A DNA stretch of 49,868 bases from Treponema sp. (GCA_052169975.1 JBQNBK010000001.1:1-49868); one strand, 5' to 3'; counted from the stretch's first letter, positions 39,212 to 49,447 are shown. Translations and numbers: made by a program. Notes: a model not told the origin generated them from the letters alone.

Positions 39212-39860
39212 TAAGGAAGTACTTAAAAGAAGATATTCGATAGGTGAAGAAATTGGGAATGCCATAACTCATGGTGTTGGGGCGGGTCTTTCAATAGCAG
39301 GCTTGGTTCTTCTTATTATAAGAGCTGTTTTATATGCTCCAGTTTCTTTCAAATCTATGTATGTTGTGGGCTTTACTTTGTTTGGGGCTTCACTTATAAT
39401 TTTATATTTATTTTCAACTTTATACCATGCCTTACCACTAGGTGCTAAAAAAGTGTTTGGTGTTTTTGATCATATATCTATATATATACTAATTGCAGGA
39501 ACTTATACAGGCTTTTGTATGGGACCATTACATGGAAAAATTGGTATTTTCTTATTAGGTGCAATTTGGGCTATTGCTTTGTTTGGCATTATTTTTTATG
39601 CAATTTTTGGTAGCAAAGTTCGGATTTTATCTGTGATTACATATATCATAATGGGTTGGCTTGTTATTGCAATGATTAGATCTGTTAAAGAAGTATTGCC
39701 AAAAGTGAGCTTTCTTTTTTTGCTAGCTGGAGGCTTGTGCTATACTTTTGGTTGTGTCTTTTATGCAATGAAAAAACATAAATGGATGCACTTTATTTGG
39801 CATCTTTTTGTTATGGCTGGTAGCATACTACACTTTTTTTCGCTATTTTTTAGCATTTAA
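39204..39860 (+). CDS. Hemolysin III / PAQR family membrane protein
   Basis: EEIGNAITHG, STLYH, DHISIYILIAGTYT, HFIWHLFV. Confidence 0.93.
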   Translation: MNNKEVLKRRYSIGEEIGNAITHGVGAGLSIAGLVLLIIRAVLYAPVSFKSMYVVGFTLFGASLIILYLFSTLYHALPLGAKKVFGVFDHISIYILIAGTYTGFCMGPLHGKIGIFLLGAIWAIALFGIIFYAIFGSKVRILSVITYIIMGWLVIAMIRSVKEVLPKVSFLFLLAGGLCYTFGCVFYAMKKHKWMHFIWHLFVMAGSILHFFSLFFSI

Positions 39861-40003
39861 TTCTTCTATCTATTACTTATTTTTTTCTCAAATTTCTTAA
39901 ATAATGGTGAAAGGTTGCTTGTATTTTTATGCTTCTTATGCTATTTTTAAATTAGGTTATGAATTTTATTTTTGAAGGAGTGTAGAAGTGGATAATATGT
40001 TTA

Positions 40004-40017
40004 CCCCCCCCCCCCCC
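40004..40017 (+). repeat. C14 homopolymer in the 5' end of the MCP gene
   Basis: Lies between the SD-associated GTG 39988 and the long MCP frame. Confidence 0.9.
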
Positions 40018-40031
40018 AAGCGAGAAAAACT

Positions 40032-42134
40032 ATGCATAAGAAAGAGGGTAATAAGCGTTTTTCAATACACATAAAATTAGTTTTAATTTTTGGTGCTTTA
40101 ATTGCTGTTGCATCTTTTATGCTGGGGTTATTATCTATGGTACTTGCAAAAAAAGCCGTAACAGAAAAAGTTTCAACACATTTAATAGATAAAGCTACAA
40201 GCACCGCAGAAATTATTGATGGTAGAGTTTCTTCATTCTTTAAATTTATTGAAGGCATAGCAAGAATGCCTATTTTGAGAAATCCTTCAATTTCACACAA
40301 AGAAAAACTACAACTTCTTGATAAAGAAGCTTCATTTAATCCAAGAATTAGCTCATTTAGGCTGTATGATATATTAGGAATACGAAAAACAGAAACAAAT
40401 GAGGTTATATCAGTAAGTGATAAAGAATGGTTTCAAGAAGTTAAAAAAGGTAATAACTTTTTAGCAGAACCAATTCTTTCAAGGGCTACTAATCAATGGA
40501 TTTTTGTGTTTGGCGTTCCTGTATATGATGATAATCGTCAAATTATTGCTGTTTTAGCTGCGACTGTGGAAGCAAAATATTTATCAGATGATATAAAAGG
40601 CATTGTTGTAGGGAAGACTGGTGGTTGTTATATTTTAGGGCGAACTGGAATAATGGTTGCTCATACTGACTTTAGCATGGTTACAAGCCAGTTTAATGCA
40701 ATGAATAGTAATGATGCTTCTATTACATCTCTTAGAAATTACTTAACTCAATCTTTTAAAGATACTAAGGGTGAAGTGGATTATTACGAATATAAAGGTG
40801 TTTCGTATATAGCTTCAAATGCAACAATGAGATCTGCAGGTTGGAAAGTTGTTATAAAGGCACCTGTTGATGAGTTTCTGGGAACAATTAAAACATTGCG
40901 TATTTCTATGTATATTTCTGGTTTTTTCATTTTGTTTTTTGCTCTTGCAATTATTTATGTTGTAGTTCATAGAATGGTAAAACCTATTCAAAAGGCTGTT
41001 TTAGCTTTGCAAGGTATTGCAGAAGGAGATGGGGATTTAACAGTACGTCTTCCTTTGCAAGGTAATGATGAAATAACAGATCTTTCTTTATATTTTAACC
41101 AGACAATAGAAAAAATAGGTTCTTCTGTTAAGAATATTGAACGTAATACTCATGTTATGGATGATATTGGAACAACTCTTGCAAGCGATATGACAGAAAC
41201 TGCCTCAAGTGTGCACGAAATTAGTTCTAATATTGATAGTGTTAAACAACAAGCACTTACGCAAGCAGCTAGTGTTACAGAAACTGCTAGCACTATGGAA
41301 GAGATTATTAGAACAATAAAACAACTTAATGGAAGCATAGAAAATCAAGCAGCTAGTGTTGCAATGTCTTCTTCTTCTATAGAAGAGATGGTTGCAAACA
41401 TTGCAAGCATAACAACTACTCTTGAAAAAGCTGACGATGTTATTAAAGAATTAAGCAACGCGACAAAAGATGGAAAGACAACACTAGAAGATTCAAATAA
41501 AGTAACACAAAAGATAGCAGAAGAATCTGGTTCTTTAATGGAAGCTTCTAGTGTGATTCAACACATAGCGTCACAAACTAATTTACTTGCAATGAATGCT
41601 GCAATTGAGGCAGCTCATGCAGGTGAAGCAGGTAAAGGCTTTGCAGTAGTAGCTGATGAAATTAGAAAACTTGCAGAAGAATCTGCAACACAAGGGAAGA
41701 CAATAACTGCGACACTTAAATTGCTTTCCACTGAAATTGAAGGCTTATATGCTTCTTCTAAGATTGTTGAAACAAAATTCAATGTGATATTTTCTTTAGC
41801 AGAAGAAGTGCGAAGCATGAGTGCAAGCTTAACTAGTGCAATGCAGGAACAAGAGAATGGTAGCCGTGAAGTATTGACTGCAATTAAAGACATCAATTCC
41901 ATCACAAATGAAGTGCAACAAAGTTCAGCTGAAATGTTGCGTGGTGGCGAGGGTGTTGCAATGGAAATGCAAAAACTTGATGGTTTAACACGTGTTATCA
42001 CTGATAGCATGAATGAAATGTCTGCTGGTGCAATAGAAATTAGTAATGCAATGCAAGAAGTTTCTGATGTAGTGCAACAAAATAAAGCTAGTATTGCAAG
42101 CTTAGTCCAAGAAGTTTCAAAATTCAAAGTCTAA
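40032..42134 (+). CDS. Methyl-accepting chemotaxis protein (TM-dCache-TM-HAMP-signalling); natural start probably 39988, frameshifted at C14
   Basis: [49 protein letters not shown]. Confidence 0.95.
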   Translation: MHKKEGNKRFSIHIKLVLIFGALIAVASFMLGLLSMVLAKKAVTEKVSTHLIDKATSTAEIIDGRVSSFFKFIEGIARMPILRNPSISHKEKLQLLDKEASFNPRISSFRLYDILGIRKTETNEVISVSDKEWFQEVKKGNNFLAEPILSRATNQWIFVFGVPVYDDNRQIIAVLAATVEAKYLSDDIKGIVVGKTGGCYILGRTGIMVAHTDFSMVTSQFNAMNSNDASITSLRNYLTQSFKDTKGEVDYYEYKGVSYIASNATMRSAGWKVVIKAPVDEFLGTIKTLRISMYISGFFILFFALAIIYVVVHRMVKPIQKAVLALQGIAEGDGDLTVRLPLQGNDEITDLSLYFNQTIEKIGSSVKNIERNTHVMDDIGTTLASDMTETASSVHEISSNIDSVKQQALTQAASVTETASTMEEIIRTIKQLNGSIENQAASVAMSSSSIEEMVANIASITTTLEKADDVIKELSNATKDGKTTLEDSNKVTQKIAEESGSLMEASSVIQHIASQTNLLAMNAAIEAAHAGEAGKGFAVVADEIRKLAEESATQGKTITATLKLLSTEIEGLYASSKIVETKFNVIFSLAEEVRSMSASLTSAMQEQENGSREVLTAIKDINSITNEVQQSSAEMLRGGEGVAMEMQKLDGLTRVITDSMNEMSAGAIEISNAMQEVSDVVQQNKASIASLVQEVSKFKV

Positions 42135-42138
42135 CATT

Positions 42139-42165
42139 AAGCAGGGTGCATCACCCTGCTTTTTT
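42139..42165. terminator. Intrinsic terminator between convergent MCP and tatD
   Basis: AAGCAGGGTG-CAT-CACCCTGCTT + T run. Confidence 0.85.
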
Positions 42166-42166
42166 A

Positions 42167-43024
42167 TTATTCAACCTGAAATAATTTACAACAATTCTTA
42201 AACATAATGTCACACAATTGTTCAACAGGAACACTTAAATATTCACTTGCCTTTTGGTATGTATGTTTTATGTATAATGAAGTGTTTGGCTTACCTCTTA
42301 GTGGTACAGGTGTCATATAAGGAGCATCTGTTTCTAAAAGCAATCGGTCTTTTGGAATGGATTGCATTAAAGACTTAATTTTTTGGATTGCAACATTTGT
42401 TTTTGCAAAAGTAATGTTTCCGGGAAAAGAAATAAACCAGCCTCTTTCCAAAAACTTTTTTGCTTCGTTTTCACCATAAGAATAACAATGAATCACTCCC
42501 TTATTCCAACCAACTTTATCTATACATTCTAATGTTTCTTGGTACGCTTCTCTAGAATGAATAATGACAGCAAGATTATATTTTTTAGCCATCTTTAGTT
42601 GTTCCATAAAAAGTTCTTTTTCACCTAAAACATCTTTGGTGCCACCTTCATTAAGCATAGGTGCTGCATCCCCATTCCAGTAACGGTCAAGCCCACATTC
42701 ACCAAGAGCAAACATTGGGGTTGTAGTGCTAGAGGCTTCTTTAATACCCATTTTGATATCATCTTCAAGCATTGCAAGAGACTTTTCTCTATCTTTTATA
42801 GTTTCAGCATGTGGCCAAAGCCCTGCCGAAAAATGAATGAAAGAAGGTATTTCGCCATTTGAAATTTCTTTAACACATTCCATTCGCTTCGTTAAATCAT
42901 TTGGTTCTGTACCAATATCCATTATAAACCTAAATTTTTCTTGCTTTAATGAAAACATCATTTCTTTTGCGTCTTCAATTTTTGTAGTTGTTGTTAAAAT
43001 ATGTGTGTGTGAATCTGTAAACAT
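42167..43024 (-). CDS. tatD: TatD family deoxyribonuclease
   Basis: DSHTH, GECGLD, IHSREA, IHCYS, LLETDAPY. Confidence 0.93.
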   Translation of the reverse strand: MFTDSHTHILTTTTKIEDAKEMMFSLKQEKFRFIMDIGTEPNDLTKRMECVKEISNGEIPSFIHFSAGLWPHAETIKDREKSLAMLEDDIKMGIKEASSTTTPMFALGECGLDRYWNGDAAPMLNEGGTKDVLGEKELFMEQLKMAKKYNLAVIIHSREAYQETLECIDKVGWNKGVIHCYSYGENEAKKFLERGWFISFPGNITFAKTNVAIQKIKSLMQSIPKDRLLLETDAPYMTPVPLRGKPNTSLYIKHTYQKASEYLSVPVEQLCDIMFKNCCKLFQVE

Positions 43025-43025
43025 A

Positions 43026-43054
43026 TTGACCTCGCCTTATATTTTTTGTATTAT
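43026..43054 (+). promoter_or_regulatory. tRNA promoter
   Basis: TTGACC-17 nt-TATTAT, 12 nt upstream of the tRNA. Confidence 0.65.
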
Positions 43055-43066
43055 AGATAGGTACGA

Positions 43067-43150
43067 GCTGAAGTGGTGGAACAGGTAGACACTAGGGACT
43101 TAAAATCCCTTGGCAATAATGCCGTACGGGTTCAATTCCCGTCTTCAGCA
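43067..43150 (+). tRNA. tRNA-Leu(TAA), CCA not encoded
   Basis: Acceptor GCTGAAG/CTTCAGC-A; D arm GGTGGAACAGGTAGACAC; anticodon arm AGGGA-CTTAAAA-TCCCT; long variable arm; GGTTCAATTCC. Confidence 0.97.
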
Positions 43151-43176
43151 TATCAAATAAAATCCAGTCTATTTAT

Positions 43177-43884
43177 TTAATCATCTATAGCGTTTTCTTT
43201 ATCCATTTCTCTAATAAAGTTTTCTGCTATTGCCCCTTCAAGAACAGCTGAAACATTTTTATATCCCATCTCAACTAACTCTTTAGCCCCCCATGTTGAA
43301 GTGATGCCAGTATTGCAATAAATAACTATTGGTCTATTTTTGTCTTTAGGAAGAAGATTGATATTATTAGGGATTTCTCCAATTGGAATATTGATAGCAT
43401 CTTTAAAGTGTTCTGCATTGTATGAAGTTTTAGTTCTATAGTCTATTAAAAAGAAATTATCACTATTAATATTGTGCCTAACTTCATATATGCGTATGGT
43501 GTCAAAAGAAACAAGTGTGTAATTATATTCGTCGATTCCTTCTGCATTGTATATATTTTGAAAACCATGTTGCACTAATATTTTAGTTGCAGGAAAACTA
43601 GAATCAGCATTTTTGCCATAAACGTATATGGGTAGGTGTTTTAAGTCCATAATTTCCACAATTCTTCTTTCTAGGTCTGATTTAGGAATATTAATTGCAT
43701 ATTCTAAATGACCTTCTTTATATATGTGGTATGGACGCACATCAAGAATAAGGTGTTTGTCTTTTTCTTTACTAGTGTTGATTTTCACCATTCTTGTTCC
43801 TGAAATATCTTCTACATACACAATCTTACTGCAAGAAACAAAGAACAACAAACCAAGAGATAAGAATATTTTTTTAATTCGCAT
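43177..43884 (-). CDS. Lipoprotein with two rhodanese domains
   Basis: LFFVSC lipobox; LDVR...GHLEYAINIP and IDYR...HFKDAINIP; YCNTG loop in domain 2. Confidence 0.85.
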   Translation of the reverse strand: MRIKKIFLSLGLLFFVSCSKIVYVEDISGTRMVKINTSKEKDKHLILDVRPYHIYKEGHLEYAINIPKSDLERRIVEIMDLKHLPIYVYGKNADSSFPATKILVQHGFQNIYNAEGIDEYNYTLVSFDTIRIYEVRHNINSDNFFLIDYRTKTSYNAEHFKDAINIPIGEIPNNINLLPKDKNRPIVIYCNTGITSTWGAKELVEMGYKNVSAVLEGAIAENFIREMDKENAIDD

Positions 43885-43931
43885 ATTGCAAGAATTATAA
43901 AAGTTTAATTTTTTATAGTAAAGGGGTGTAA

Positions 43932-44000
43932 TGAAACGCTGATTAAAGCTGGGCTACCGCCAGCGATAGCTACTAGGCGGAGCATTTAGTCAGTGCCTCC
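43932..44000. mobile_element. 69-bp MITE-like hairpin element
   Basis: Imperfect terminal IRs TGAAACGCTGATTAA / TTAGTCAGTGCCTCC, flanked by GTAA and TTAA; GC-rich hairpin core. Confidence 0.5.
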
Positions 44001-44024
44001 TTAAAAAACGCATATTCAAAATGG

Positions 44025-45149
44025 TTAAATTGCCATTACAAATTTTGCAATGTCTTCAACACCATTTTTGATCTTTAAGCGTTTAATATTTTCTTGAATT
44101 TCTTGCATAGAACTAGACAATATTTCTTCTGTTTTAACTACAGCATCATAAGAAGATGGAAGATAATAACCTGCTTTGTTTAGTTTGACAAAAAGCATGT
44201 TTCCAAGTTCTTGCCCTCGTATATAGCTGCATAAAATAAGAGGCTTCGCTAAAGATAGGGCTTCCATAATAGTAGTAGTGCCACTTTTGGATATAATGCA
44301 ATCAGCTATATTCATAAAGTCTGGCATGCAAGAGACAAAGCCAAACGCGTGTATATTTTTTGCATCAAAATGAGATGATAGTATATTTACCATTCGATAT
44401 TGGTTTTTGTTTTTTCCACAAACAATTATAATATGCCCATTAAAATTGCGTTTTAAGAACATTCGAGTTAGGCAAATCATATTGCGTAATCCTTCGCCAC
44501 CTCCTGCAATTAAAACAACCTTGCTTTTTTCAGGAATGCCTAACTTTTCTTTTATTTTTTGTTTTTCTTGTTCACTATAAGGTGTGTTAAATTTATCAGA
44601 AATTATTGCAGAAAAAGTATGAACTAATTCTTTAGGAAAATGATATTTTTCTATAGCTTCTTTTGTTATTTTTTCAGAGTATGTTATTAAGTGTGTTTGT
44701 TTTTCATAAAACCAAATAGGGTGGGCTGTGAAAGGATCTGTTACTATGCTTATTAATTTAATATTTGGGTCAACCTTGTTTATAGCTTCTCTAAGATGGC
44801 TTATAAGAATTTCGTGAAAACATACAACCTTAGTAATCTTTTCTCTTTTTAGGAATCTTATGAAGCGTTTAAGAAAAAATCTTCTATAAGCAAACCTAAA
44901 AAATCTTAACATAAACTTGTGTGAAGTTAGTCTATAAAAAAGTAAGTAACAAAGGCTTAAATAATTAGATGTTAGGGAATAGCCTTTTTCAAAAAAGAGT
45001 GATGAAAGAAAGGCTCTTTTTTCAAAAGGATTATACATAATGCATCTTGTTTCGGGGTATAAAGATGAGATTTTATCATTTAATGATTTTGCACCAGAAG
45101 CATGACCACCACCCGTTTTTAGATAGAAAAAAGCAATATTTTCACGCAT
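44025..45149 (-). CDS. MGDG synthase / UgtP-like glycosyltransferase (GT28)
   Basis: TGGGH, VTDP..HPIW, AGGGEG, VCGKN, ADCIISKSG, GQELGN; start at MRENIAFF preferred to 45188. Confidence 0.88.
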   Translation of the reverse strand: MRENIAFFYLKTGGGHASGAKSLNDKISSLYPETRCIMYNPFEKRAFLSSLFFEKGYSLTSNYLSLCYLLFYRLTSHKFMLRFFRFAYRRFFLKRFIRFLKREKITKVVCFHEILISHLREAINKVDPNIKLISIVTDPFTAHPIWFYEKQTHLITYSEKITKEAIEKYHFPKELVHTFSAIISDKFNTPYSEQEKQKIKEKLGIPEKSKVVLIAGGGEGLRNMICLTRMFLKRNFNGHIIIVCGKNKNQYRMVNILSSHFDAKNIHAFGFVSCMPDFMNIADCIISKSGTTTIMEALSLAKPLILCSYIRGQELGNMLFVKLNKAGYYLPSSYDAVVKTEEILSSSMQEIQENIKRLKIKNGVEDIAKFVMAI

Positions 45150-45363
45150 ATAAAATCGAACTCTATAGTAAAAGATAAGATATTGCAATACGCTAACAAA
45201 ATAGCACGCCTTTGCAAGATATCTTTGTTAAATAAAAGTATCAATTTCTTTTCAAAATAATGAATTTCCTTAACTTGAGAATTTGTGAAACAAATTCTCA
45301 TAAGATGCTTTTGTAACACAAAAGCATCAATCCTAGTATCTGCCACCTCTATTTTGAAAAGGT

Positions 45364-45568
45364 TATTTTGCAACTTCTAGCTAGAGTTTAGATCGCTTCC
45401 AGCTAGACTTTACAAAAACTCTAGCTAGAAGCGATCTAAACTCTAGCTAGACTATGGTCTCGTTTCTTGTCGTTTTCGCCTATCATTAACGACCGTTTTT
45501 GCTATGCGAGAACGAGCGTTAATGGGATGCAAAGTCGCATATAATTGATGCAGAAACTGTATTGTTTT
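45364..45568 (-). repeat. Dispersed ~205-bp element, copy 2 (inverted)
   Basis: TCTAGCTAGA-type units at 45376/45398/45420/45442, AACGNNCGTT-type at 45465 (degenerate)/45488/45511. Confidence 0.9.
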
Positions 45569-45954
45569 CGATCTATAAAATGTGCCATTTTGCATGGCCT
45601 TTGTGTAAGGGAATGGAGTTGGCTCATTTCGCATATTGCGAAGCTTTTTTTCTCTATTTCCTAGAGGTGAATTTATTTTTTTCTAAGCGTGACGACGCCT
45701 AGAAATTGACGAATTAATCAAAGCAGTTCATAATTAAGAAAAATGTAATTCAATATTTACTTTTGCTTTAAGTTTGAGTATACTTACATTCGTGTGATTG
45801 ATACTTGAAGCAAAAGACTTGTTATCTGATGAAATATAACATTACTATCGTTTTCTCTCTAAATGGCAGATATTCCGTCTCTTAATTTCAGTTTTTATAT
45901 TGATATTTTTCTCAAAATAAAAAGTATTCTCACATATATTAATTGGAGGTTCGC

Positions 45955-47700
45955 ATGGGAATTTACAAAAAGTTATTTAAGTATGTACCAGAAAAAAAAT
46001 ACTTGGCAGTAATCTCTATGTTTTTAGCAGGGATTGCAGCTATTTTGGCTGTTGGTGCTTACTATGTTTTGTGGAATTTTTTGTATGCTCTTTTGGTGGA
46101 GCAAAATATAAGCGATAGCAAAATGTATGCTGTTATCATTGTTTCTTTTCTAGTTTGCAATATTTTATTTATATTCTTTGCTACATGGGCATCTCACCTA
46201 TTAGCATTTAGATTGGAAACTAATTTAAGAAAAACTGCAATTAATCATTTAATGGAAGCTTCTTTTTCATTTTTCGACACAAATGCTTCAGGAAAAGTTA
46301 GAAAGTTGATTGATGATAATGCTGCTGAAACTCATACTATTGTAGCTCATTTAATACCTGATAACACTAATGCTATGCTAACGCCTATTTTAATGTTTGT
46401 TGTAATGTTTTTGGCAGATTGGCAATTGGGACTTTTGTTATTGGCTGTCACTATAATAGGTATGTTTCAAGTGAAGTTTATGATGGGTGAGAAAACTTTT
46501 ATGGATACCTATATGAAAGCACTTGAAAGAATGAATGCAGAAGCTGTGGAATATGTGAGAGGCATTCAAGTAGTTAAAATATTTAGAGGAACAATTCAAT
46601 CATTCAAAGCTTTTTATGATAGCATTGTTAGTTATTCAGAAGATGTTTTGGCTTACACTATAAGTTGTCGCATTCCTTGGGTGAGCTTTCAAGTTCTTAT
46701 GAATATATTTATTGTTTTTACAATTCCTTTTGCAATTATCTATCTAAATTATGGAGCTAATGTAAATTTAATTATAGCAAAAGTCATCTTTTTTGCTTGC
46801 TTTGCAGGTATTCTTCTTTCTTCATTTATGCGTGTTATGTATGTTGGAATGTATAACCAACAAGCAAATCAAGTTGTAACCAAGCTTGAAGACTTATTTA
46901 ATGAAATGGAAAAGAATAAGCTTGAGCATGGAAAAGAAGAAAAAATAGAAAACTTTAACATTGAATTTAAGGGTGTTTCTTTTGGTTATGGGGATGAAAA
47001 CATACTAAAGAATGTGAGCTTTTCTCTTGCAGAAAAAAAGACTTATGCTCTTGTTGGCTCATCAGGCGGAGGTAAATCTACAATAGCAAAGTTAATATCT
47101 GGCTTTTACAAAGTGAAAGAAGGAGAGATATTGATAGGTGGAAAAAACATTACAACATATTCAAAAGAAGCATTAATGAAAAACATAGCCTTTGTTTTTC
47201 AAAATGCAAAGCTGTTCAAAACTTCTATTTTTGAAAATGTCAAAATAGGCAACCCAGAGGCAAGCGATGATGATGTGATGAAAGCATTAAAAGCTGCTCA
47301 ATGTGAACCTATTTTAGCTCGCTTTAAGGAAAGAGAAAAAACATTGATTGGTTCAAAAGGTGTTCACCTTTCTGGAGGGGAAGTGCAACGTATTGCCATA
47401 GCTAGGGCAATTTTGAAAAATGCTCCAATCATTATATTAGACGAAGCTTCTGCTGCAACAGACCCAGAAAATGAATATGAAATTCAACAAGCTTTCTCTG
47501 CTTTAATGAAAGACAAAACAGTTATTATGATAGCTCACCGCTTATCTTCAATTAAAAATGTTAATGAAATATTGGTTGTGGAAAACGGAAAGATAATTGA
47601 ACGAGGCAATGATGAGGCTCTTCAAAAGCTAGGTGGAAAATATAAAACACTTCAAGATTTATTTTCAAAAGCAAACACATGGAGGATATATGATAAATAA
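45955..47700 (+). CDS. ABC transporter fused permease/ATPase (YbtP/IrtA-like half)
   Basis: 6 TM + GSSGGGKST, LSGGEVQR, LDEAS, IAHRLS; EYVRGI; GGAGG SD before ATG 45955. Confidence 0.92.
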   Translation: MGIYKKLFKYVPEKKYLAVISMFLAGIAAILAVGAYYVLWNFLYALLVEQNISDSKMYAVIIVSFLVCNILFIFFATWASHLLAFRLETNLRKTAINHLMEASFSFFDTNASGKVRKLIDDNAAETHTIVAHLIPDNTNAMLTPILMFVVMFLADWQLGLLLLAVTIIGMFQVKFMMGEKTFMDTYMKALERMNAEAVEYVRGIQVVKIFRGTIQSFKAFYDSIVSYSEDVLAYTISCRIPWVSFQVLMNIFIVFTIPFAIIYLNYGANVNLIIAKVIFFACFAGILLSSFMRVMYVGMYNQQANQVVTKLEDLFNEMEKNKLEHGKEEKIENFNIEFKGVSFGYGDENILKNVSFSLAEKKTYALVGSSGGGKSTIAKLISGFYKVKEGEILIGGKNITTYSKEALMKNIAFVFQNAKLFKTSIFENVKIGNPEASDDDVMKALKAAQCEPILARFKEREKTLIGSKGVHLSGGEVQRIAIARAILKNAPIIILDEASAATDPENEYEIQQAFSALMKDKTVIMIAHRLSSIKNVNEILVVENGKIIERGNDEALQKLGGKYKTLQDLFSKANTWRIYDK

Positions 47701-49429
47701 GCTACAAGATATGTTCGGTCTTACAAAGACTGGTGCAAAGGGGATGTTTAAGGCTTCAATCCTTTCATTCTTTGCAAATGTTACATTCATTCTTCCTATT
47801 TCAATATTGTTTTTCTTTGTGGATGTTTGCTTAAAAAATGGTAGTGCAGGTGGCATGAAAGAAATAGGATTATACCTAGTTGCTATGGTTATTGTGGCTA
47901 TTATTATGTTTATTGTAAATTATTTTAGTTATGATAGCTTATACACTGCTACCTATAAAGAAAGTGCTGACCTAAGAATTGAAATTGCGAATATCTTAAA
48001 AGAATTGCCACTTTCTTATTTTTCTAAGCACGATACGTCAGATATTGCTCAAACATTTTTAACTGATGTGGCAGCTATGGAACACGCATTAAGCCATGCA
48101 ATTCCTGAGATGATTGGTGTTGTAGCTTTTTTGATTATTATTGGAACAATGATGATTGCTTCATCTCCATTTTTAGGGCTTGCGATATTTGTGCCTATTA
48201 TTTTGAGTATTTTGCTATTGGCTCTTTCTTATAAAATACAAGTTTCAAACACAACAAAGTATTACAACAAGCTACGCATGCAGTCTGAATCTTTTCAACA
48301 AGCAATAGAAATGCAACAAGAAATTAAAAGCTATTCACTTGTTGAAAAAACAGTTAAGCAATTGACTGAAGATTTAGATGAGACAGAAAAACTTCATATA
48401 AGGACAGAATGGGCTCAGGCAGCTCCTTTACAAGTTGCTCTTATTTTGCTTAAAGCACCAATTGGTCTTGTAGTATTTTTTGGTTTACCCTTAGTTTTAT
48501 CTGGTGGGGTTTCTCTTTTGTACTTTTTAGGCTATATCATAGCAGCAGCTCGTGTTGTTGACGCTGTTGCAGGGCTTGAAGCAAATTTTGCTGAAGTTAT
48601 GTATATACATTCTAGAGTACAGCGAATAAAGAGTCTTAGAGTATCAGAAAGGCAAAAGACAGTTGCAGATGAGAAGAAAATTGAAAACTATGATGTTGAG
48701 TTTAAAGATGTTGAGTTTTCTTATAATGAAGATAGTAAGGTGGTATCTGGTGCTTCGTTTATCGCAAGGCAAAATGAAGTTACTGCTCTTGTAGGTCCAT
48801 CTGGTTGTGGAAAGACTACTATTTTGCGTCTTGCTTCTCGTCTTTATGATCACGACAAAGGTACTATTACAATAGGTGGGAAAAATATAGACGCAATTCC
48901 TATAGATTCACTTTTTGAAAAAATCTCTATTGTTTTTCAAGATGTTATGCTTTTTAATACGTCTGTTTTGGAAAACATAAGGATTGGTCGAAAAGATGCA
49001 ACTGATGAAGAAGTGAAAGAAGCTGCAAAGTTAGCACATGCTAATGAATTTATTGAAAAGCTTGAAAAAGGCTATGATACACTTATTGGTGAAAATGGTG
49101 CTAAACTTTCTGGAGGGGAGCGGCAACGGCTTTCTATTGCAAGGGCATTTTTAAAGAATTCTCCTATTATAATTCTTGACGAAATAAGTTCTGCATTGGA
49201 TGTTGAAAACGAAATGAATATTCAAGAAAGTTTGAATCATCTAATAAAGAATAAGACTGTTATCATTATTTCTCATAGGCTAAAGTCTATAGAAAATGTA
49301 AACAAAATTGTAGTGATGAAAGACGGAAAGGTGGAATGCGAAGGAAGCCATAGCTACTTACTAGAAAATTCCCCAACATATAAAGTGATGATCCAAAAAT
49401 CTGGGCTTACTGATAAGTGGGTATATTAA
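47690..49429 (+). CDS. ABC transporter fused permease/ATPase (YbtQ/IrtB-like half)
   Basis: 6 TM + GPSGCGKTT, LSGGERQR, LDEIS, ISHRLK; GGAGG SD before ATG 47690. Confidence 0.92.
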   Translation: MINKLQDMFGLTKTGAKGMFKASILSFFANVTFILPISILFFFVDVCLKNGSAGGMKEIGLYLVAMVIVAIIMFIVNYFSYDSLYTATYKESADLRIEIANILKELPLSYFSKHDTSDIAQTFLTDVAAMEHALSHAIPEMIGVVAFLIIIGTMMIASSPFLGLAIFVPIILSILLLALSYKIQVSNTTKYYNKLRMQSESFQQAIEMQQEIKSYSLVEKTVKQLTEDLDETEKLHIRTEWAQAAPLQVALILLKAPIGLVVFFGLPLVLSGGVSLLYFLGYIIAAARVVDAVAGLEANFAEVMYIHSRVQRIKSLRVSERQKTVADEKKIENYDVEFKDVEFSYNEDSKVVSGASFIARQNEVTALVGPSGCGKTTILRLASRLYDHDKGTITIGGKNIDAIPIDSLFEKISIVFQDVMLFNTSVLENIRIGRKDATDEEVKEAAKLAHANEFIEKLEKGYDTLIGENGAKLSGGERQRLSIARAFLKNSPIIILDEISSALDVENEMNIQESLNHLIKNKTVIIISHRLKSIENVNKIVVMKDGKVECEGSHSYLLENSPTYKVMIQKSGLTDKWVY

Positions 49430-49447
49430 AAAGAGATAGCTATTTAT

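Noticed and set aside
43067..43150. tRNA-Leu as the integration site of an island
   Set aside because: No duplicated tRNA 3' end or integrase seen in the window
43905..43985. 26-aa ORF with strong SD as a leader peptide or type I toxin
   Set aside because: The SD and ATG are part of the element's inverted repeat and are base-paired; no independent coding evidence
43922..44004. SRP RNA or riboswitch
   Set aside because: Lacks the SRP CAGG..GGAA..AGCAG motif and any riboswitch consensus I recognise
45452..45634. 60-aa minus-strand ORF across repeat copy 2
   Set aside because: The frame is broken by an indel in the homologous copy 1; no protein features
855..48853. Short antisense or alternative-frame ORFs in the track (e.g. 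855-1067, 8056-8433, 41615-42127, 42837-43088, 45119-45373)
   Set aside because: Mostly shadows of well-supported genes or tRNA; no SD or motifs
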